The position numbers and the translations under genes were made by a program. From the NCBI GenBank assembly GCA_965637545.1, contig OZ281494.1, positions 9,238,001 to 9,302,000 on the forward strand: a stretch of DNA of 64,000 nt. Reading direction: 5' to 3'. Shown here piece after piece: positions 1 through 10,224 of the stretch (position 1 is the first letter of the stretch; each line of letters opens with the position of its first letter). The notes under the pieces are model-generated. The model saw nothing but the letters and a program-made list of their open reading frames with translations. It searched no databases and was not told where the DNA came from. The stretch comes from Phallusia mammillata. Taxonomy: Eukaryota.

Positions 1-1535
1 TATGAAGTGCTGCTCTCCAAACAATCATTAGTCAAAATGTTTTGTTAGGCTCAACATGATCATTTTAAATTGTTTGAAAGTTATATGTGCCCTACTTTGA
101 CTTTCAAAAATGATGCAGCAAATGTAATGTAACCTATTCGTGGCAGTGTTTTTTTGCTAGTATTAGCACTCGGTTTGGGTGGGCAATTCAGAACAGTGTC
201 TTGTGGTAGAATCAAATCCAGATTAGTTAAATCAAATCCAGGATACCAAATCCTATCCTTTTTTGTGATCATGCAGTAATGTGGAACCATTAACATAAAA
301 ACCTACTTTTCTAATTGCATATGGGTGTTGTAACTGCACAGTTAAAATACAAACCAAATTCTGTCATCCAGTTTTGTTTTTGACTCAAATCCTCAGGATA
401 TTTTAACTCTAAACTGTCCATTTCTTCTTTATAGTCACAACCAACTTTGTAATACTTCTTTTGTTTGACAGGGTCTCTTGCATATTTGGGTTATGATAGT
501 TCTGCTTACATATACTCCAGAAGTGCACGGTCAAGATTTTGTTGGTCCACGGAGGACCGATTTGATGGTTGGATGCTAAAATCTCTCCATTCACCGTACT
601 AACAGTATTAAGCAGCATACATACAGAAATCTTGCTTGTGTGCTTGACACTCCAAGGAGATCGTTACTTGGAAACATTCTGCTGTACATGGTGCACTTAG
701 CTGTGAAAAGCTTGTTTTTCAATTTAGCAAACATAGATAGCAGAATATTCTGCCAGAAATTTGAATTTTTTCCCATGATATTTAAGTCTGTTTGGTTTTT
801 AGTTTCACACAAAACTTACAACGATTGTTTTTGTGCACAAATGAAATAAACTGGCATTTTAAAAAACAAACAAACACAGAAGCCTATGTGTTCAGTTGCA
901 AACTTATCCAAACAAAACATTTTTTTTGAGAAAAGGCAATTTCACAAATGTATATGTATTGTTCCACTTTGCGTATTATGTATTTTGGTGCTTAACGATT
1001 GTGTATGCAGACAATGTGTATGTAACTCCTACAGCTTAGCTTGGTACATCATTCACTTCTAAGACACAAGCATCAACATAGGTCCCATAACCTTAAGAAA
1101 CTCTTACAGTGTTGAAGCTATAATTTTATTGAAGCCCAGTACACAAATCTTGCAGTTATCTTTTCCATAATCTGGTTATATAGCCATGTGCAATAAAACT
1201 TTTCCGTTGTGCTGTTAGTTGTAAAAAACAACTTCACGGGTAGTAAGTTTTTATCCAATAAAAGAATATTACGTATACATATTACAACCAGGACAGTTTC
1301 TTTTGTGGCAGTGTGTTGCCCAAATTTTTTGTTGGAACAAATCAAAAAGCAGAATTACCTTCACTTGTCTCAGCAGGTTTGCATTTCATATTGTAGTAAA
1401 AGCATTTTAAAATGTCTTTAGAAAGTAAAAATGCTTTTTGTAATAGCATTTTACACTACTGAAATGGGCTAGCATAACTTCCTCCATAATCACAATCAAT
1501 CTTGTCCTAAAGTGTATATAAAGGGGTGCAATTGA

Positions 1536-1640
1536 TGTGGCCTTCATATCACTGATGATGGCATGAGCATTTGCCGAAACGTTTGAACAATAAAGCATGT
1601 CGCTTTTTACGTCTATTTGGGCCGTTATTTTCACCATTAA
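1536..1640 (+). repeat. Dispersed ~105-bp repeat with a minimal type-I hammerhead ribozyme-like core (Penelope-like element remnant)
   Basis: CTGATGA (1552-1558), T, GGCA/TGCC stem, GAAA (1576-1579), CGTT. A similar copy lies at 21946-22049. Confidence 0.6.
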
Positions 1641-3168
1641 TCTTGTCCAGGGCTGTGTAAATCTCAGTGAAATGTTGCTAGATAAAAGAAAGACAATGCT
1701 ACTTTGTTTTTACTGATAGCAACACGCAATGACAAATCACACAGAATGTATGTTCTGAGTAATAAATGCATTTAGCTTTTGCCAACAGTACTCCGGTACA
1801 AAAATTTGTTCTGCCATACACAGCAGGCAAAAAGTTTAAATTGTCAACCAAAAGTATCAAATCAAGATTTTTAGATCACCAAAATGCAAAAAATTACAGC
1901 ATGAAGAAAAAAGGCAACACCACAAATGCTACATTACAATTTAAAAGGCCAATGTGTCAGGCTGATGATGTTAATGGCAGATTTGGAACTAAACTACAGG
2001 TAAACAGTTGGTTAGTGACAATGACAAAAAACAAACAAATTAGGATTCAAATTACACCTTAAAATTTGAATCTGTGCTGCGACAAATAAAATGGCTTTAA
2101 GTTGTTAAGACAATGAGATGAAAAAAATGCAAAGATTGTACATGATCGCAATTTTCCCTTATGTGCATTGGCTATTGGTATAACACCAAAAGTGTTTTAG
2201 CCCTTGAGATTCACAAAATTTAATTATACTGTTGTACCACAAATTTAGCATTTAATTACGAAAATGTGTCATTTCATTATCTTTTAGATATCTAATCCAT
2301 TTTGCTTGTAACTTCAAGAGGCAGCATGGCAACGAACAATTGGTGGCGCTCCAAAATAATCATAGCATTGAGCAAATTAAAGTTACACTACTACGCTAAA
2401 AATGAGGCACTGGACATTGATCCACAAAAGACTTATGTACAGATACACCAAGCACAGGCTAGATGCAATAGCATGTGCAAACACACATTAAGTCAACATT
2501 CAGTGAGATGCCAAAACTCATAAGGCTGTCATATTCAGAGCATGTATTCTTTACACTGGAGCAGTTTATTATTGACTTTTCATCAACAAAGGGCTTGGAA
2601 AGTTGTATTTGATTTTACATGTTTTTGCAGCTTGGTTAAATTGGTAACAACATAAATAAATATATATTGTCATAAAGTCACTCACCCTGATAAAGTTTTA
2701 AATATTGGTCCTAGTTCAATGAGTAAAGCATTCATTAAATTGGTCCACACCGACATAGCCCAGAACATAGCAAAAATACAGTCAAATTATTCATCTTATA
2801 ATAGCAAGTACAAAAAATAGAGTCAGAAAAGTTAAAATCATTTTTGGAAATTTATATATCTTACAAACAGTTTGGGTAAGCCAAAATCAATGTCAAGACC
2901 AACTGTGTAAAATTTTTGTTCATTGAAAGTGCCTAATTTATCTCCCTGCTTGGGTTGTTGATTTTAACACAAAATTTAACATTTAGCTGCCCTATACAAT
3001 AACATGACAGTAAAGACAATAATAAACAAATCTTTTGCAACAGGACTACATTTCAGGCTAGAGTTGGGTACTTGACTTGAATTGGCCAGCATTGTACTTG
3101 GATTGAATGGCCAACGCAATCATCCTGAGCTTACAAAGTCTTTCTTTAGCTTCAACAGTTTTTTATTT

Positions 3169-6100
3169 TCAAAACACATATGGGATCACCCTGTATTGCA
3201 CTCTCTGACAGTAGACTGTCCATGCATGGCCATGTTTTTCTGCAGATTGATGGTCACATCGAAGTGCGCGATGGCAGAGAAGAACTGTCACAAACACCGG
3301 GTAGTACCAGGGCAGCAGATTTTCAAATCCTGTGGTGTTTAGATTCAGACAAGAAAAAATATTGGTTATCAGGTTTACACACCAAAATATCCAAACAGTG
3401 TAACACTCTAAGACAGGGGTGTTCAAACTTTTTTTAATGGGGGCCAAGCTTTTGCGTGAAGTTGCAAGTCACCACAACCCAAAACCTTCATGAAAACTGT
3501 AGTGGGCTATACGCAACAAAATTTGAAATAACAGCTGTGGGCCACATGAAATGCTGTCGCAGGCTTATTTGGCCTGCGGGCCGCACTCTTGGACACCCCT
3601 GTTCAGTGTTTTTTTTAAGGTGTTTTCTACAGCGGTTTCCCAAATAAGCAAATCTGGCTATTTACACTTGCGGTCTCTTAAAACTACTTAGCGGTCACCC
3701 AAACCAAACCTTAAAAAAAACCTGCCCCTGTTCTAAGGAGTCAACACAAACAGTAACCAAACTTATTAGGTCCAGTTATTGGATAAAAGCTCACAAACTA
3801 AAAAAAACTAAGATTTAAAATTGAACATAATACATTGGTAAAATCACATCCATACTGTTTCATACGAAATGGATCTTTTACTATATTACACTCGTTTTTA
3901 TTTTTCATTCTCAAATATTTTGTCCTAAAACTTACCACAGGCAAAACTCCAACCCATTCCAACCAGTATCTCTCCTAGGTAGTTTGGATGTCGTACAACT
4001 CCCCATAAACCTGAGATGAGCAACCTCTGACCATCAGGACGTGAGGCTGGAAGACTCTCCATACCTATGATTGTCACAATATACCGATAAATGAGTCACT
4101 GACAGTGCCATTTAAAAACATTAGCTGGCTTCAAACACAGAATTTAAGCATGAATTTTGCTTCGAAATTCGCCTTGCTGTGATTACTGACAAAGAAAAAC
4201 AAAGCAAAAACTTTCATTCACTTGAAAGACTGGAGTCATAGGGATTTATTCTGAACCGACTCTTCTGGATCCCAGAAAGCACGATCAAAACCATGCCAGC
4301 AACTATGAAGAAAAGTCACATTTTAATATATCTATTTTCTGCTTGTATTTGTTTTTAGCCATTAATACTCACTGAAGAATATGACAATAAGAGCCTTTGA
4401 GAGGTTTGTTGTCTTTGCTGGGTGTTCAGCAACATATCGAACTGGCAAAGAATATACAATAGGCACTAGCACAAGTTCGCCAAACCATTGTACAAATCCA
4501 AGACCTTCATTTTTTATGTCAAACATAAATGGACACTGTGCCTGTAATGAATTAATGCCTATGTTAAGCAAAAATTTCTGCTTTACTAAAATAATTTCAT
4601 GTCTAAAAAACACAATTTGTGCTTATGACTTGCTTTCTGTTCAGTTAAAGATTTTTTTTTGTAAACTTATTAAACACATTTGACAGGCATACCTCATCCC
4701 AGAAAAACTCCAGGACAATGTAGAAAATTTGAGATCCACCAACCAGAAGAATCATATTTGGAATTTCCCATTTATGTTCAAGGTATGCTCGGTGCAATTC
4801 AACAAACACCACAACAAGCTATAAATACGAAAAAGACTGGTCAAACATGAACAAAACAACATGTTTAGTGCCTAATTGAAGTTGTTTGGCAAATTTTAAA
4901 AATCTGAGCAGTCAAGTGGTACTGGAAAATAAATTGAAAGAAATGCATATGATAGTTGTATTTATATTTATGGCTGCTGCTTTGGCTAAAAGTTGGGCCA
5001 GCTTATGCAGTTATTAGGTAGTCTCCCCTAGGGATGTGCCAAAACTGCAAATGTTCTGTTTGGTCGAGCACCGAGCATCTCACTTTAATGCTCGGTGCTC
5101 GGCCGAGCACGCTCGGTGCATTATGACGTCACAAAAAATCCCCTTTCTACGTTTTAGCTCTACAAGGTCTCTTACGTCACCGGCGGTGTTTTATTAAGCT
5201 GTACATGCCCGTAAAGTAAGCGTTCTTCCACCATCTAGTGCATTTGAAAAATCATTCGTTTTTTTCATAGACATCCTTTAGAACACTAGTTACATATGTT
5301 AGCAGGGCATGAATATGCAAATTTAACGCTCGGGTCAGTTTGTGCAACTGCTCGGCCGAGCACCGAGCATTGAAAACAGCGACGCTCGGTACCGAGTACT
5401 CGGGTTCGGGCTCGGCTCGGCGCATCCCTAGTCTCCCCCATGGTGCTGTTAATCAGTTGGCCAGACAACTGATTACTAGTTTAAAAAAGCAGAGATAATC
5501 AAGGAAGTACTATGTTACATATTTCCACTTAAAAAGGTACCAGTATTCAAAAATATAACTCCCTATTTCACAGTTTGCACACTGACTAATAGGACAGTGT
5601 GTTGCAACCATTTTCTCACCCAGCCTCCCATTGATGGTCGGTATAGATAAAGCTTTAAATCGAAGATTTTTCCAAATCGTGGATGCATTTCTCTTCCAAG
5701 AAAACTGTCATAAATTGGAGAGCCAGTATTTGCTTTTGGATTGAGGTCACTGTCTTGACATCCAAGAGACTGAAAAAACATGTTTATTACAGAAAGGTTG
5801 TTTAATTGCCACTAAGCTAGCGGACATATAGTTAAATGAAAGTGTGTTGTTAAACATCATTTATATATATACAGTAGTATGAATGAATCAAGAAACCCAA
5901 AACTTCTCATCAATGCCATTTCAAATAAACAACTGTTTTTGAGTGGAAAACCAATTACCCAGACCTTAATGTATTCAAAAACTAATATTCTTTCGGTTGC
6001 GACATATATGTGACACCATCATCCCCTAACACCTGATCATCATTAAATATTGATTGGAGTTGACCTATCCCCACAACAAATGCTACATATTGTAATGCAG

Positions 6101-8283
6101 TCTACATACAACTGAAATTCAATTCGTAGGCCATGTATAAATGACACCATAAAGCCCTTACACCTGACCATCAATAACATAAAGCAAGTGCATTCCCTAG
6201 CTGAAGGTTATATTGTAATGATGTCTAAATGCAAATGAGGGTCAAACAATCTGTAAAAAACTATCTTACCCTAAGGTAGAACAAAATGGTCATTGCGTAG
6301 CTGAAGATCGAGGCAGTAACAGCAAGAGTAAACTGTTTGTCATGTATTTTGGTGATTGGTATATCATGGTAGTAAAACAATCCATATGTGATCAATGTTA
6401 AAATCAGACTGTAAAAAGCTGCAAGAAAAAAATTTAGGTGATCCTCAAAATATTTCTGCTTGAAAATTGTACTTACCACTTATTCTGTATGGAAGACGTT
6501 TGCCATGTGGGGTAGGTGGGCCATCAAGTATGTAACCGAATGGAAGAACATATATTATGGCATGGAATAGCAGGAATCCAAAAAACATTAGGACAGACTC
6601 GAGATCATAGTAGTCGTGTAAATTTCGAGGAATCATAGAAAGTTTAAACTGTGAAAAATGTAATTTATTATTGAATTTAGGTATAAGCAACTTTTGTTGG
6701 GCTTTTGGTCATAAAAAGTCTTGAGTTATACATAATTTATTGTGTACCCAAAAGTGCATTGACAAACTCAGGGTACAAAATTGTTTTGTTTGGGGTGTTG
6801 ATGTAACGATTTGTTCACAAGTAAGATGTGTATGTGCTACCTGCTGTAGTATCCGGGGCATTGACAACCTACCTTTGTGACACTGCAATCATTTTTAGTA
6901 CATCCAAGCACAACAAGGCAGGGCAGAATAGGAATGGTCATATAAATGAGAAAGGTTCCTAAAACACCTCCAAATTCCTTCTCATGGCTTTTACCAAGTT
7001 GTGCAACTGGTTTTGTGGGAGCTGACACTGTCTCTGTCTCTGACTTTTCTCTGAGTCTTTGTCTGGTGACCATGTAGCGTGAATCAGAAACTGGAGATTC
7101 AGTGACCAAAGTCTGTGGAGATAATAACTGGTGTGATGATGTATATAATATAACTGAACTATGGTTCAATTTTTTTTTTTTTTAATAGGCAAATTTATAA
7201 AATGCAAATCAAAAGGCTTGATTAAAATAAATTGAAAACATGACACTTTTTTCCATTATTAAACTTTAGCAGTGACCACTCTACTTATTACGAATATCAA
7301 ACCAATAAAGATTGAAAAATGAAGAATACATATGTACCTTTGCCTTTGTTGCAATGACTGCACCCTTGGTGATGGTTTTTGTTTCAGTGATTGATTCAGT
7401 CACTTTTCTGGTGGCATTTCCAGATTCAGATCTTTGAACCCTAACAGTCAATCGTTTCTCCTCTGCAGAAGAAGATGAAGACTCAGTGCTCGGAAGTTTC
7501 CTGCTTCTCGATCTTGAAGGACTTTTTTTCTCAACTCCATCAACAACAGTTCTTGCTGTAATGAATTAAATTTTAAAATATTTATCAAAAAACTTCTGAG
7601 CTTCAGTTGGTTTCACTTTACTCATTTTATTACACAGATGTTTCGACAAAAACAATTGTCATTGTTAAAGCTACTATTTAAGTCCGTGTCTTGTGTACCT
7701 AAGTTGGGATCATGATTTTAACAAAAAACAGATACAGAAAGTTTGGTGACTGCAGACAACACAGTTGTAATTTCTACTGGATTCAGTATGCAACAAAACA
7801 AATGTTTTTGTAGCAACACATTCTAGCGCTAAGACCGAAGCTTTACCACCATAATTTTGGTTGACTCACGCCCAAAATCATTTTTTAAAAGTCCAAAAGC
7901 CAACACATTCGAATAAATCACAGAAAGTTATGATAACAAAATCAACCTACATTTTGCTTTTCTTCCTGGGCTGCGTCCCGGACTACGACCTGGCGATCTT
8001 GACCTTCTGCGAGACCGTCCTGGTGACTTTGCCCTTTTGGGGCGAAAAGATTCTTCTGTCTAAAAAAGGACAGGTCATGATCATTTTTAGACCATTCGCA
8101 GACTTCAAAATGTATTAAGAAACATACTTTAAGGTGTCTCAATTCGACATCCATCAATGTTCCATCCTCAAACAAAACTTCAGCTATTTCTTCATCTTCA
8201 TCCATGTTTTTTACAACTGCATGGAAGTATAGAGAGCTCCCAGGCCACTTGGCCATCACATTATCTCCAACACACCACTTCAT
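3169..8283 (-). CDS. LBR: Lamin B receptor (Tudor + RS region + ERG4/ERG24 sterol reductase domain), 624 aa
   Basis: 12 GT-AG exons with consistent phases: 8283-8128, 8059-7951, 7555-7338, 7127-6873, 6648-6477, 6418-6270, 5769-5620, 4818-4693, 4541-4373, 4302-4222, 4064-3936, 3329-3169 (1875 nt with stop). Motifs: Tudor VMAKWPGSSLYF, RSRSPGR, EFGGVLG, GREMHPR, LLISGLWGVVRHPNYLGE, YCQRVQYRVIPYVF*. Confidence 0.95.
3414..3601. mobile_element. hAT-type MITE (degenerate)
   Basis: Imperfect TIRs CAGGGGTGTTCAAAC and CTCTTGGACACCCCTG. The flanking 8-mers do not match, so no TSD is confirmed. Confidence 0.6.
5029..5430. mobile_element. hAT MITE in LBR intron 7
   Basis: TIR TAGGGATGTGCC / GGCGCATCCCTA; perfect 8-bp TSD GTCTCCCC (5021-5028 and 5431-5438); subterminal CCGAGC repeats. 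Confidence 0.9.
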
Positions 8284-8970
8284 GCTTTTTTAATAAACTG
8301 GTCAGGTAAATGAGAAGGTCTATGAGGAAAAATATTTCGTTCATTTAAATTCTTATTTAAAGAACAACTTTTAACTTTAAAACATTGTGGAATATACTTC
8401 CACAACACAAGCAATATTTTTGCACAGTAATTACATCATGTCTGTGAATGTGTTTGATTTCATGTCAACTAACAACTTTCAATTGACAGAGACTTATAAG
8501 TATTTGTTTTCACTTTATGTTATATATTGTGTAAGGGGCAAATGCAAACAAAGGGTTTCAAAAAAACGACTTTTTTTATAACATGCATGTTTAAAAATAT
8601 GTATTTAAAAAAAACGTACAAAACAAAAAAGGCAAAACTTTTGAACAAAATAAGTATACTAGCACGTCATTTTGATGATGTGTTACGTTTACTTTTTACT
8701 TGCAATCAATCAATGACAAATTGCAACACGTTTTTAGTTTCTAAACTATGCTCAAAAGTCAAAACTATCCAAGTCTTACATAATGTTGCTGCCTGTAACT
8801 CTTACTTTGACGTTGATGTAAAACAAAAATGATATTGCAAAACTTAAAAATTTTCTAAAGTTGCACAAATCAATAGATATTTATGCGAAACCTCACTGCC
8901 ACTGGTTTGTAAAGCAAAAATTCATGAAATTCGGTACCTTAGGCGGAAAAACTGTTCAAACGAACTTTGA

Positions 8971-9010
8971 CCAATCACAGCGATGGAATCCTATGATGTG
9001 TGACGTCACA
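8971..9010. promoter_or_regulatory. CCAAT box plus CRE/ATF palindrome upstream of LBR
   Basis: CCAATCA at 8971 and the perfect 12-bp palindrome TGTGACGTCACA at 8999-9010, between the divergent LBR and NFKBIZ-like starts. Confidence 0.45.
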
Positions 9011-9327
9011 TTGTCTTTTTTGCAACTTGCTGTTGTTGCTGCAGAACGACTAGGGACCAAGGCAATGACATTTGACAGCTGCCGGTATTTATTAGTGAAG
9101 AAAAGACGCAGCGAACATTGTTTAAAACTGAATTAAAGTTATACGCAGAGAGAGCCATGCGTTTCATGAATTCGCCAATTGTTTGGTGCCAACCAACGGC
9201 AGCCAACTACTTATGGTGATTAAGTTTTTAACATGAAGACTACAAAACATTTAGATTTATTATCAATTTTATCATGAATTTAATTATTTTTCTCAGACAA
9301 AATGCTTCTTACAGTACGGTCGTAATT

Positions 9328-9338
9328 GGGAAAGTTCC
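9328..9338. promoter_or_regulatory. Candidate NF-kappaB site upstream of the NFKBIZ-like gene
   Basis: GGGAAAGTTCC (reverse complement GGAACTTTCCC), close to the kappaB consensus GGGRNWYYCC. Confidence 0.4.
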
Positions 9339-9870
9339 AGCGTGAGCTTACATCCGCTAGAGATCACTAACGAGTCATAAATGGAGTTAAGCAATGAGTG
9401 GAACGTCAGCAACTTCAAATCCCTGTAAACTGCGACTGCAAATTATACACGTTAATAAGAAACAAGTCATCAAAACATTGAAGCTTTAAATTAATGCAAA
9501 AAAACAAACAATACACAGTTTGTGAGATCCAACGCCAGACTGTTTAACAGTAGGCTAAACTTGTTTCAGAGCTTGTAGAAAGCAATACAACATTCAGGTG
9601 ACGAAAAATATGGTTCATTTTTTACATTTAAACAAGAACAACCAGACTGTTAGAAAGTTTGAGCATGCATTTAAACAGGGTGATTTACTATAACGTTGCT
9701 GGCAGTGGTATCAAATTCCGCTTCCGCGTAGCTCTGATCAGATGCCAACACACGCGAGGCGTGATCAGTTTGCCCGTCGCGTAACGTTGCGTTTGAGAGA
9801 AAAAAAGAAAGAACATCGAAGAGGAGGGAGCACAAAAAAGAAACGGAACGGGATTCTCTTTGCTCAGCTC

Positions 9871-9883
9871 ATTGGCTACCAAT
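9871..9883. promoter_or_regulatory. Inverted pair of CCAAT boxes
   Basis: ATTGG-CTA-CCAAT about 350 bp upstream of the NFKBIZ-like ATG, in a CpG-rich stretch. Confidence 0.35.
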
Positions 9884-10224
9884 GCGACCTTTTTTTCTCG
9901 AGGCTGCGCACTTGTTTACCAGTTGAAATCCTTTTTAGAGCGCTGCGAGGCTGAGTTTCTGCGAAGCTACTTGAGGCGACTGCGAGTGCTGGTGTGTTGT
10001 GCGTTTGTCTCTGACAGGAGTTGTTTTAAAGGTGCAAGCTATTGCTTGAAACTAGCACACGTTTTTGTAAAGTTTAAAATGTGTTATAGGCGTTTGTAAT
10101 TTCATCATGTGTTTGGTTATTCTGCAGCGTATTTTGTGTCAAAAATTATTGTAAAACATTTTGAAGTGCTGTTGTGGCACGACTCTGACCAACTCACAGC
10201 AACTGAAGTCAGCAACACCCAGTT

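Noticed and set aside
1766-2523. Possible plus-strand gene with a donor at about 2000 and an acceptor at about 2288
   Set aside because: The phases are incompatible (the join gives an early stop) and I recognise no homology.
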